Assembly: GCA_025558095.1 (NCBI GenBank)
Contig: JAIVFI010000011.1
Span: 124,001 to 188,000 of the forward strand
Direction of reading: 5' to 3'
From: Hyaloraphidium curvatum SAG 235-1
Lineage: Eukaryota > Fungi > Monoblepharomycota
Length of the DNA: 64,000 bases
Position 1 is the stretch's first letter. Every line of letters starts with the position of its first letter. The translations under genes and the position numbers were made by a program. The notes beneath the pieces are model-generated. The model had not been told where the DNA came from. It worked only from the letters and a program-made list of their open reading frames with translations, and did not search any database. Positions 31,901-44,027 of this stretch are shown piece by piece.

Positions 31901-34116
31901 ATGAGCGGCAACTACGACCCCAATGTCCCTAACCAGGGACCATGGGGCCCGGCCGGCGCTGTCATCCTGTCGGTTCTGCCCATCATTTTCCTGCTCGTCG
32001 TTACTCGTTGGGTCCCTGCGCCATTGAACCCCGTCCGGGGATTAATCGCGCCTCTCCGTCCGCAGTGGTGCCGCAGATCAGTCTCAAGTCGACGATTTCG
32101 CTGCCCGTCGCGGCGCTGATCATGTTCTGCGTGCGGTCGGCATACTTTGCCGCACCCGGGAACCTCGTCGCGGGATGCGTCATTAGCGGCTTCCTGGACT
32201 GCCTGACGCCGATTACCGTCATTGGCGGCGCCATGTTCCTCTTCGAGACCATGACCCAGAGCGGTGCCATGGATTGGATCATCTGGCAGCTCAAGAAGCT
32301 CTCCAAGGGCCACCCGATTGCCGAGATCATGATCCTCGGATACTGCTTCAACGCGCTCATCGAAGGCAAGTAAATGCGGTGCTGCCAAGGCCTCGCACGA
32401 TGCTTGACCGCCGCGATCCCGCAGGTGCCTCCGGTTTCGGCACCCCCGTCATGCTCGCTTCGCCCATCCTGCGCGAGCTCGGCCACGATGGTGTGGCGGC
32501 TGTCATTGCCTGCCTGCTCTTCAACTCGTGCCTCACGATTTTCGGGGCCGCCGGTACCCCGGTGTGGTTCGGCTTCAGCGGCAACGGCTTCTCGGAGGAG
32601 CAGCTCCGGGAGATCGGTTTCCGCAGCCAGATCGGCATGACCTCGTCCGCCTTCTTTGCCGGGGTGCCCATCATCTCCCTCCTGCCGCTCGTCAAGTGGG
32701 CCGATATCCGGCGCAACCTGCTCTACATCTACCTCGCGGTGCTGAGCGTGCAAGCGCCGGCGATGGGGCTCTCGTACATTTCGTACGAGCTTCCGACGCT
32801 TCTTGGAGGTGTCATTGGATTGGGCATCACGGCGGTTCTTACGGCGTACAAAGTCGGACTGAAGCCGGTCGCGAAAAAGGCAGATCTGGAGAATGGCAGT
32901 GATACCACGCGTGGCAGCATCGTCAGCGAGGCGAGCGCCGCCAGCCCGATCAGCCCAGTCAGTGAACCGGCACACGAATCCCCCGTCACGAGCACGCTGG
33001 ATCACAAGGCCGGTGATCTGCCGCCGAACGGGGATGTGCCACCGCCGGCCACGGCCGACCGCGTTCCGACCTACAGCACGACCAAGAGCGCGATCGAGGA
33101 GCTCGAGGAGATGGAGGCATTGCCGGACGCCCAGGACGAGCCCGCCCGCTACGCCATCAATTTTGGCAACGCCGTGGCCAACACCGCCCCGCTCATCTTC
33201 ACAATCGTCTTCCTCATCCTTTCGCGGATCCCGCAGATTGGGCTCCGAGGACTCTTGACCCGCACGTCGCCATCCTTCACGATGTACCTCGGTACGCTCT
33301 TCAACCTCTCCATCTCCGCCAGCCTCGTCTTTGCGTTCCAGTACATTCTGGGATCCCCTTACGTCTCGTCGACGTACCAGGTGCTGTTCGTGCCGGCATG
33401 GTTACCCTTTGCAGTCGGTGCCACCCTGGGCTCCTTCTACCTCGCTTGGTGGCGGGCCTCGCGGAACCAGACCGCAGGCGAGCCGGCAAAGAGCTGGCCC
33501 CGCAACGCGCTGGACCAGCTCAACCGCTCCGCGCGCGTCACCCTCGGCCGGCTGGTCGGACCCTTCATCGCGCTGATCGGGGCCAACATCCTCGTCGCGC
33601 TGCTGCGCACGGGCGGCAAGCCCTCGCCGGCCTACATGCTGGGCTCGACCCTCGCGTTCTACATGGGCAAGGGATGGCTTGCCATCGCCATGCTTCTCGG
33701 CGTGATCGGCACCTTCTTTTCGGGGTCGACGACCATCTCCAACCTGACCTTTGCGCCGGTGCAGGCGGCAGCGGCCGAGGAGTCGGGGCTGGGAACGATC
33801 GCGCTGATGGCGCTGAACAACTGCGGGGCCTCGCTGGGCAACATCGTCGCCATCGGCAACGTCGTGGCAGCCAAGGCCGTCATGGGCGACACTGTGGTGG
33901 GTTCTCTTGCGGGCCTCTTGTTCTTGCGCATCTCACCGCATTGATCGCGGTGCTCAGAACTCGGAGGGGGTCTACATCCGTAAGACGTTCCAGCTGCTGC
34001 CGTCCTTCCTCCTGGTCTCGACCCTTGCCCTGCTTGGTTTTGCGCTCACGGAACCGGCGTTGCCGGTGTACGTACCGCCTCAGGTGGACGTGGCCACATC
34101 ATCCGTGGTGTACTAG
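31901..34116 (+). CDS. L-lactate permease (LctP family)
   Basis: IGGAMFLF, spliced IEGASGFGTP, FGAAGTPVWFG, YELPTLLGG, GTFFSGSTTISNLTFAPVQ, GASLGN; three introns, the second being GC-AG. Confidence 0.88.
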
Positions 34117-34301
34117 TAGTTTGGATAGAAGACCATTTCATTGGATTCATTTGATGCGGCAGGTCGGGCGGGCGGTTCGGGGCCCTCAAGGCGGTGACGC
34201 ACAGTTGGGCGGCCGATCATCCCTCGAAGGCACTCCCTTTGGGACAGTCTCCTATACTAGTCACCCTCCTCTCCCAGGCACTCCTAGCCCTCCTAGGAGC
34301 C

Positions 34302-36021
34302 ATGTGGCGCTATCCAGGCTCCGCTACGTCTGAGGGCACGCCCACGCCGCCGCCGCCGCCGCCCGGGGCGCTCTTCCCGGGCCGCGCCTTCTCGGGCGAC
34401 TTCGTCGGCGGGTCGCCGCTCGGCAGCGCGTACTCCGCGGGCGGCGGCGCCACGCCGCCCGGCGAGCCCCTTTTCCCCGACATCGACCAGCAGCTGCGTG
34501 AGCTCGGCATCGGCCGGCTCGGCGCGCAGCCGCCCGACCAGTTCGCGCCGCCGCCGCGCCAGAGCAACTCCATCGCCGAGCTGTTCGGCCTGCCGCCCGA
34601 CCCGCAGTCGCAGCAGATGCTGTTCTCGTACTCGCCCGGGCCGGCGTTCGCCATGCAAGGCGAGGACTACGCGCGGCCGCAGCCCCCGAAGTTCCAGCCC
34701 CTGGAAGTCGCCCAGCGGCCGCCCATGCCCGTCGCCGAGCCCAAGAAGAAGCCGCGGGAGAAGAGTCCGCCTGCAAAGCACCAGCAGGCTGAGCGGGCAC
34801 TACAGACGGTCCCGGACGCACCGCTGATGGCGCAGCCCGTGTGGACCCCACCCGGACCCCGAATCGAGCCGTGCGATGCAGACGGCGTGCACGTCGTGAG
34901 TTGATGTTCCTGATCAAACACCGTTATTTGATTCTGACTACCTTGCTCTGCAGCCCTTTGACCCGGAGATCGTATACATCACTGACGCCGATGGCAACTT
35001 CCTGTCGGTCGAGGATCACTCGTGGAACAAGTTCCTTACCTTTAACACCAACGATCCCGCACTGCCTTTCACGGACAGCACCGTCGAGCTACGGTCCGAC
35101 ACCGTGGTTGATCTCGCCGCCATACCGAACAACCTGCAGCAATCCGCCTTCCCCAACATCCTCAAGCGCAACCTCTTCGCGTTCCTCCCCTCGCCGCCCC
35201 TGGCCCACTTCACCCGCCGCATCCTGGACATGGTCCTCACGTCGGGCCGGCCGATGCGGTACAAGTGGTTCTGCGACTCGCCTGGGCACGAGCGCAAGAT
35301 GGAGATGCGCGTGGCCCGACTGCGCGGGCTCGAGGGCGTCGAGGGCGTCGTCTGGACCAGCAAGATCGTCTGGGAGCGGCCACATCCCGGCATCGGCGTG
35401 GGATACCTAAAGCGCAAGGCGATCGAGGAGCCGGACGAGCGCGAGCTGGACGTCGGCAGGGAGCTCGGCACGCTCGGCATCGAGGCCGGCCGATCGCCCG
35501 AGATGATCGACGACGGCAGCGTCGGCTCGCCGCAGAGCGGTCTCGAGGTCGTCCAATCCGGCCTCAATGGGTCGGGATCACCCCCGCCGGCCCAAGGCCA
35601 GCTGACCGCGGTGTGCGCCGCCGACGCGGACATCAGCACCGTCTGCTCCTTCTGCAAGCGCATCCTCCTGCCCCTCGCCCTCGTCAGCGCCGCCAACATG
35701 CCGCGCCTGCTGCACTCCCTCGCGCAGCACAACAAGATCCCCCTGCCCATGCCGACGGAACCGTCCCCCGACTCGCCGGCACCGGTGCCCGTGATCGGCC
35801 TCAGGGGCAAGCGCGGTCACCACGTGTTTTCCAAGCCGCCGACGGCGCAGACGAGCGCGTGGGTGACGCCGTGGGAGTACTACGTTCTCGCCGGCCAGGC
35901 GGACGGGGACGAGAAGCGCGTGCGGCACGGTGTGTGCGGCGGGTGCTGGGAGGAGATGTGCGGGGTGGTGGGGATGCCGTCGTGGATCGAAAAAGGGAAA
36001 AGGCTGTGGGGCGGCGAATGA
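34302..36021 (+). CDS. Pro-rich N-terminus + PAS-like domain + C-terminal CxxC...HGxCxxC module
   Basis: Intron 34896-34953; IVYITDADGNFL...SWNKF...NLFAFL...YKWFCDSPGHERKMEM; VCSFCKRI...W.TPWEYY...RHGVCGGC. Confidence 0.75.
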
Positions 36022-36300
36022 TCTTGGGGGACAGCTGGAAGGTCGGTTTTCTCTTGCGCCTCGGTGTCGAAAGATGGGCTTTGCGTATCTTAGTCGTAGC
36101 CGTCGAGTTGTAGAGCGGCAGAGCCCTGAATGTAGCTTGTACAGAGATCGTTGTTTTGTCTCCATGGATCTGGTGGATGATTTTCATGATGTGGTACGTG
36201 GCCCAGGGCGGAGGGGCGGGGCGGGTCAACAACTTGCCGCCTTTTGACTTGTCGCCCGCGACTTCGAAGTCCCGCCAGAACCTCCCTGCAGCCTTCAGCC

Positions 36301-36986
36301 ATGGCTACTGACCTCAAAGACGACACTTTCCTGCTCCTGCTCACGATGTCCGTCATTCCCGGTGCGTACTCGCGAATGGGCAGAGTGGGAGGCAACACGG
36401 GAACCGGACTGCGTCGAGCGTGCTCCCGCGCGTGCCCTCGCCGGCGGACATGTTGGGGCAGTCCCATGACCTCGCCTCGATGGGATATGGCTGGATTCCG
36501 TGTTCAATGTTGTTGGATGGCGTGTTCCAGGAGGCGACGGCTGTTCTTCTTTGTCCACCATCTGACTGCCTTTATCGAACCCCAGAGAAGATCGACGAGG
36601 CCCTCGAGCACGTCCAGAAGCTCACGGACGCCGTGCGCAAGGCCGACGGCGTCGGCGTTCCGGTCTACTACTTCTACAAGGGCGACACCCCCGGCAGCAT
36701 CAACGGGATCGAAATCTACGCGAGCGACGGCACCTTCATGTCGCACCTGGCCCAGTTCGCCGTCATCGGCGACTCCCTGACTAAGCTGAGCACCGCGCCG
36801 CCGACCGCGATCTGCTACGGAGACCCCAGCAACACCGTGAGGGAGGTGCTCAAGAACTTTGGTACCGTTTACAAGGTTCGCCTCGATCGCAGCCTCCTTG
36901 GCCTTCACCAATGCTGACCAACTTCCTTGCAGCCGAACGGATCGGGGTATTTTGATCTAGCGGGGGCCGCTTTCCACAAGAAGTAG
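36301..36986 (+). CDS. Small dimeric alpha+beta barrel (ABM monooxygenase-like) protein
   Basis: Exons 36301-36361, 36586-36875 and 36933-36986; YYFY...IEIYASDGTFMSHL...YGDPSNTVREVLKNFG. Confidence 0.65.
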
Positions 36987-37249
36987 GCGTGGCGTTCGTT
37001 TAGCTGCAAGGTTATACAATGAGGGCATGCTCCTCTTCCTTCCCGTGACATCGCCGGTCCGTTGCTGGTGCTATTATCCTTGGGCATGCAGTAATTCCGA
37101 GTGTAGCAGATGTGGGCTATGATGCACTCCGTGGGTCCGATCCGGCCCTCGACGATGTCTGCGAGTGGTCCTTCGGCCGCCCCAGCGCCTCCAGCGCCGG
37201 CGCCCTGAAGAGCTCACAAACAATTGACAACACTACACCGACTGCCACT

Positions 37250-39912
37250 ATGGCCAAATCCAAGGGCCGCAGCAAGGCCGCGTCGGACTCCAGAGTCATT
37301 TCCCGTAAAGCTCCTGCGCCTGCGCGCTACGAGTCGAGCGATGAGGGCGACTTTGACCCGACGCACCGCCGCGGCATGACCGAGGGCGAAATCGAGCTTG
37401 ACGACGCAGAAGAACAATGTGAGGCCTCAGCTCGTTTTACAGGCCGGCATTGTGTTCTTGCACCATGCTGTGTCGGCTTACTGGTTCTCTTCCTTGTCTG
37501 ACCCCCCTTTCTCCAGTTCACAACCAGCGAAACGCTTCTCTGCTCCGCGACGGTACCGAGACCCTAAAGATATACGATGGCGCTTCGGACGACGATTTGG
37601 ACGACCTTGGAATTCCCGAGGGCCTCGCTTCTGCGGGTCGGAAAGGGAAGCAGAAGGGGAGCGACGTGCTTCTGGACCTGGGCGTTTCGGACGAAGACGA
37701 GGACTCGGAATCGCAGGAGGACGAGGATGACGCTGGCGATGCCGAAGAATCATCCGAAGAGGACGGCTCCGATGCCGACGGGGCAGCCAATGCCGTTCTC
37801 GACCGGATGCGCCTGCGGCGTGCGGGAAGCCCATCGTCGGACGAGGACGAAGACGAGCCGGCACCGGCGGAGCGCGCTTTGGGATGGGGCATTAAGAGAT
37901 CGGCGTTCTACGGCGGTGACGAAGCGGCGGCTTTGGAAGACGACGAAGCGAGGGAGCTCGAAGAGGAAGAGGTCCGCCGCTTGGAACGGCGCCGCGCGGA
38001 ATGGCTGGACGGCGACGAGGAAGATCTGGACGAGGTTTTCGGCATCCCGAAAGTGGACGTGAGCAAACGGGACGATGCGGTGGAAGACGACGGCTGGGAC
38101 ATGGACGGAACCCGCGGTTTGCAGCTCGACATTGCCGTCGACGCGGGTTTGCGGTCGGATCTTTTGGACTTGGCAAAGAACGGCGGGCCGTACACGAGCG
38201 AACAGCTCTCTGGCGTCGCCCCGGAGCTCGCGGAGCTTGCTTCCGAGTTCGAGTCCCGTTTGCCGACACTTCAGCACCTGGAACGTGCCAGCGCGGCTTG
38301 GCAAGCGCGTCGCAAGGACCTCTCCAGCAAACCGCAGAAGGGCGCCAATGGGATCTCGGAGGATCCGCAAGAAAAGCTCCTTGCAACTCTTGGGGAGATA
38401 GTCAACATGAAGTACCGTGGGTCTTCTCTTCCCTGGTAGTCCGCGCAGAGACTGATGTCGTGCTTTGTCGCAGAGCTGACCCTGAACTACCTCGCAAGCT
38501 TGACGTACTACTTCTTGCTCATCCACTCTGCTTTCGCATCTCCGTCCACCGTGCTCGACGACCCTCAGCAGCACCCCGTCATGGATCACTTGGTGAAGAT
38601 TCGTGGAATCTTAGACGAAGTGGAGAAGGCCGAGGAAGTCGTCGTTGTGGGCGTGGACGACGGTGGCTCCATCTCGGGCAGCTCGGACGACGATGGTTCC
38701 ATGAATGAAGCGGCCGAAGACGAGGAAGACGACGACAGTGATGGGCAGTCGGAAGACGCCGACAGCGAGCATGGATCTGACGCCGAAAGCGGAGGCTCTG
38801 ATACCTTCGGCGCCGTCAAAACTGCAAACAGCAGTGCGGAAGCACTTCTGTTGCAGTTGCTCGATTTGGACGGTCCTGTCTCCGAGACTGGCTCAGACGT
38901 TGATTCGGATGCCGGGGCCCAACATGGCCTCGAGATCGAGGCGACGCAGGTGGACAAGGGCTCGAAGCGTTCAAAGCAGAGCTCGAAGTCGAAAGCGTCG
39001 TTGCGCAAGAAGCAGGTCGACGCAGGCGAATTCGAAGTTGTGAGCGATCTCATGGCCCCGCGCAAAGGCTCTCGGGTCAAGAAGGCTTCGAAACCTGCTG
39101 GCCCGCTATCAAAGCTTGTGGACACTTCTGATCTACCAAAGTTCCGGCCATTGCCTACAGCACCCAAGGCTCGGAAGCCTCTGATCCCGGCGGATCTCTT
39201 GGAAGACGAAACCGACCCTGTTCTGAAACGGTTCGTCGCCGGCGAGCCCGACTTCAGGGCTTCGAAGTTTGGCGTGCCTCTACACTCTGTCATCCACACC
39301 ATCTCCCAAGCTGTGGGCAAGAAAACTTCTCAGAACGACGGCGATGCGGACGTGCCGAGGCGGGACGGCGGCGAGAAGAAGCGCGAGCGAGAAGCCAGTG
39401 CCCGCGGTCTCGCAGACCGGAAAGAAGGGGCGACGGCCTCGCAATCGCAACGGACGAAAGCAGTCGACATGTTCAGCGACGCCTCGGACGAGGAGTCAAC
39501 CGGGACGCCGGCTCGTAATGGCGGCAAACGGACGAGCGCGAGCGACGAGGAAGCCGATGCGCTGGATTACTACAACTCGATCGTTCGGGAGTCGAAGAAA
39601 CGGAAGCTGGAGAAGGAAGTCCGGGCGGAAGAGCACAGGCTCGCGACCATTCCGGCCGGGGCCGAGGAGATCGATCCGGACTCGAAGCGTGCCACCAACT
39701 ACGCGATCCTGAAGAACAAGGGCCTCACGGCGAGAAAGAAGAAGGTGGACAGGAACCCTCGCCTGAAGAAGAGGCTGAAGTACGAGAAGATGGTGAAGAA
39801 ACTGGGGAGCACGAAGCGCATCTACCGCCCCGGCGACAGAAGGGAGAGCGGTTACAAGGGCGAGGGGACGGGCATCAGGACCGATGTGCGCAAAAGCGTC
39901 AAGCTCGGGTGA
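37250..39912 (+). CDS. SAS10: SSU processome component Sas10/Utp3
   Basis: WG.KRSAFYGGD; LLNY-like C1D helix with HPVMDHLVKIR; C-terminal ILKNKGLT.RKKKVDRNPRLKKRLKYEK...YKGEGTGIR...KSVKL; two introns. Confidence 0.93.
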
Positions 39913-39952
39913 CGAGCAGGCCAATATAATCCTTGCACGTCCCATTTTGATC

Positions 39953-41872
39953 CTACATGTGGCGTTTCTTGGGTGGAAACCGGAACGGCGCCTTGCGCGG
40001 TTCAACGCTCCCCGAGATCGTTCTTGCGGACATAGGTGAACCAGTTTTTCAGGCCCGACCAAATCTCCTGACCGGTTGGCACGATGAATCGCGGCGGGAG
40101 GATGAAACCGTCGCCGCCTGCTCCACCCTCATCAGGCGACTGAAGCAAGGTTGACGCTTAGCGTGAGATGGAAAGAGAGAACAAAACAAAGCAACTTACG
40201 GGGCGGAGTTCGATTGTGAAACCGTAGACCCTGCGAAAGGGAGCCGATAAGAACCAAAACGTCGAAAAGAAACACGGCAAAGCCCACCGGTGTCCACCAT
40301 GCGCCTTCTTCACATCTGCGCCGTAAAAGAAGTCTTCCGCCGTGCCCGATGCAGCATACAGGTCGATCTCACGTTCGTTGGAATACTGCTTTCCGGACTG
40401 GGCCAGAATGCCCTTGCGTATCTCCTCGCCGGCCGCACGGAGCTTGGTCTCGTCGGGTGCTTCAGATTCTTTGAACCCCCAAGGCCGGAGGATCAGTTGC
40501 GAGTACTGGGGAGCCGAAAGTCAGATCACTTCGTGCGTTCAAGCCTTCTCCTCACCGAATGGAAATCGATTGCCCCAATCAGGCCCGGAGCCATCTCGAG
40601 CATGTACTTCATCAACGCTTTGGTCTCCAGCTCCGAACCGGCGTGCGGTCCCTGGTAGATTTCAGAGAACGGGCTGTTGGAGCCTCCGGCGGTGCCCCAT
40701 CCTTCAGGATACTGTAATCGTTACACACACGTCAGCAGGGCACTGTACGCAAGGAGGCGCTAACGTACGTTCCGGTTGATGTCAACGCCAACAGCTCCGA
40801 AGGACCCGGGATGCCTGTTCTTGCGCCAAAGCCTTGCATTCGTCCACCTGCACACGACAACGTCAGTTACGGCGCTAGCACACGACAACGCAAATCACCC
40901 ACGTGTACTCGTAGCCATCCGGGTTCACGATGGGAATCAGAACAATCTCAACATCCGTCAATAGATCCTAGGTGGCAAGGAGCGACAAGTCAGCCGCAGT
41001 TTAGCAGTAAAGCAGCTCCCTCACCTTGACGAATTCGTCTCCCTTCTCGAACCCGTCGACGAGCTGACGGACAACGTATTGCGTAACGGCCCCCGAGATC
41101 CACTCCCTGGCGTGAATGTTCGACTGGAACCAGATGCGCTTCTTCGAAGACGCGTCGGAGCCGTTGGTGGAGGAAGTGATGTGCACCGCAAAGAGGTCGC
41201 GGCCTGCGACAGGAGCAGGCGATTAAGCAAAAGTTGGCTGTCTCATTGCAGCAGCCACTGACCCTCGAAGGTTTTGCCGACAGAGGGCACGAGCTTGATG
41301 AGGTGAGGATAAGTGTCTTGCAGGTAGGTATAGAACTTGAGAATGGCATCGCGACGATGATAATTCTTAAACCACGTCTCCGGATCAGCAGGATCCTCTT
41401 TGCCGGCAGCGGTAGCTGCAGCAAGCTCCATCGACTCGCGGTCGACGGCGACTTGCAGGTCGTCGCGCAAAAGCTCAAAGTCCACACCAGTCCCAGAGAA
41501 AACAGACGCAGAGACAAGCTGATACTGCTGCGGGTCCACACGAACCGTCACGGCCACCTTTTCCGGGGCAGAGGAAGGGCGGTGCACTGCCCAGATGTCC
41601 GTGTGGAGGTTCTCAAGGAGCTGGATCATCTCCTGGGCACTCTCCGACGTGCAAACCAGCCGAATGAGCCGGTGGCCCGCATACTCGCTCGGAGACCGCT
41701 GGAGAAAGAGCGGCGTCTCGGCTTGGACGAGTGGAATCTGGCCGTCCCTGTGTGCGTCACCTGACCCCGCAGGCGCGTCCGGAACGACGAGGAAAGCGGC
41801 CGAGCAGGAGCATAGAGCACAAAGAAGGAGCACCAGCGCCGGAATAGAAACGAATGGCCGGGGGAACGCCAT
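39953..41872 (-). CDS. Secreted zinc carboxypeptidase, M14A, with propeptide
   Basis: Signal peptide; IHAREWI, NPDGYEY, WRKNR, GVDINRN, DFHSYSQ, FTIELRP (catalytic Glu); about seven introns. Confidence 0.92.
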
Positions 41873-41938
41873 CGTCGCGACGCGTGACCGGAGTTTGCGT
41901 TGCCCCTTCGCGTTCGATCGTGTCTGGGAACCACATCA

Positions 41939-43892
41939 TCATCCTTCTACCGTCGGCTCCGCCTGCTCTTCCTCGTCGCCTCTCTTTATCTTTCCAGAGA
42001 AATCGAGCGGCTTCCCCATCGCCTCCTGGTAAAGCCGCTTGACGTCCTCGCATACCGTCTCGAAGTGCGATGTTGCGTCGTAGCTCCGGCTGATGTAGAT
42101 GCCGTCTTTTGCCGGGTCGTTGGCAGGGACGTAGAGATCAGTGACGGAGGCGAAACTGCAAAGGCTGGGTCAGCACGGTCCAGCGGGCGAGAGGAGCAGC
42201 ACCCCACATTTCCTCGATGGGTCCGAGAAGTGCGAGTGCGGGGTGGATCTCGTTGGCGGGGTTGTTGGTCTCCACGATCGTGCTCACGATCGCGATGTAG
42301 TAGCCTTTGGCGGAGACGCGGTGCTCGTATCCGACCATCGCGACATAGATATCTTGTAAGCCAATCAGCAAGCGTGCCAAACCCCATGATCGAGCCCTGA
42401 TCTCGCTTACCGTTCTTGCGGTTGAGCTGGTTCTGGGGAATGATGAGCTGCACGCTGTCCGCGTCGCCAGTGTTCGGAACCGGGCCCTTGAGCAAGCAAA
42501 TGGCCCTGATGACCTTGCCGACGCTCTTGACCTTGTCCTTGGCGTACGAAGGGTCGCAGATGACGCCCTTGCACTTGACCACGTCCCCCGCGCTCGTCAC
42601 GCCGCAGACCCGGCCGGAATCGTCGTAGATGAACTGTTCGACGTCGCGGTTGAGCATGTACGTGCCACCGTAAATGGCAGACAACCTGTGAAGGAAGTTG
42701 AGCTAAAGCGCGCTACGCGGGCGACCGGCTGTAAACGCTTACCGGGCAAAGGCTTGGGGAAGGTCGCCGAGACCGTACATGGGGTAAATGTAGGGGCTCT
42801 TGCCGTAGCGGGCCAAGGAAGCGTTGTAGAGGAGGATCTTCTCGTAGGTCTCGTAAGCGGCCCGTTCCTTGTACGAGTCATCCAGGTTCAGGGCGATGGC
42901 GTGCCCGATGAAGTCCTGAGTCCCGGGCTCCAGGCCGAAATGGGAGTAGAGATCCTTCATGAGCGTCGTCTTGAGGTCGAATTTGCGGGTAACAGCGCCC
43001 CACATGGCGCCGTCGGAGGCTGGGCGGGGTTTCAGTCCAATACGAGCGGCGAGACGTGCGCCTACCCACACATATAGGTCTGCGGGTCGTTCTGCTTGTA
43101 CTGGCCCAGGAATTCGAAGAAGCGCTTCACTCTTCGCTTCTCGAAAATGCCCATCAGCGGGCTGGTCAGGGCCTCGGTCTCGTTGGAAGGGACCTTGGCG
43201 ATCCTCCCGTCCCTGTAGACGTAGCTCGCCCCGATCTGCTTGAAGTCCAGGTACCGCGTCACGTCCGTGTAGAGCAGGATCTTGACGAACTCCCCCGACG
43301 CCATGGAGAACTTGGGAATCTGGTCCACGGCGTAGTCGCGGTCCCGCCCCAGGTGCTCCGGCGGGTTGCCCTTCCGGAACTTCGAGTACAGCTGCAAACA
43401 CCGAGGCCCATTGGTGCACAATCATCAAACCGGGAAAGACGCGGGACGAACCTGCGTGAGGTTCAAGGACGCGCAGTCCGCGCCGTAGTACTCGTTCCGG
43501 TCCATGTGGAGCACCTTCTTGCCCTCCACCGACAGCAGCCCCGACATGATACATTCCGTAAGCCCGGTGCCGAGCACGACAAAGTCGTACTCCTCATCCT
43601 AGAAGGAGAGGTGTCGGGTCGAAGACGCGTAGAGCGAGCACACCAGCACCACGAAGGGCACCGAGAGCGCCATTCAAGAGGCGGGCCAACACATTCCACA
43701 GAAGACGAAAGCAATTTCAGTCGTCAGAAAGCAGAATGCGGTTTCCGTGAGGCGATGGAGCGACGGGACCGAGATTAGCTCTGATTCACGGGACGGGCTC
43801 CGAGACCGCAACCGTGACCGCAGCCGCGGAAAGTGACCCTCCATGGGATTTCTCCACGCAGCCGCGCTCGCGCTGGCACCGAGACTCACCAT
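41939..43892 (-). CDS. GDI1: Rab GDP-dissociation inhibitor
   Basis: ATG-only first coding exon (43892-43890, GTGAGT donor), then [70 protein letters not shown]. Confidence 0.95.
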
Positions 43893-44027
43893 CCTGGTCG
43901 GAAGGGTCCGGGGCAACGGGGTCAGAAGTGTTGATGCGGGGCCTCTGCACACACTCCAGCTCAACATTTCCATCAGGGATCGTGACCCTTGGAACGAGGC
44001 AGGGAAAGGGCAGAAGGACTATACTGA

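Noticed and set aside
36362-36585. TPP riboswitch or C/D snoRNA in the long intron
   Set aside because: No CUGAGA or ACCUGAU TPP core, and no RUGAUGA box C in a suitable position.
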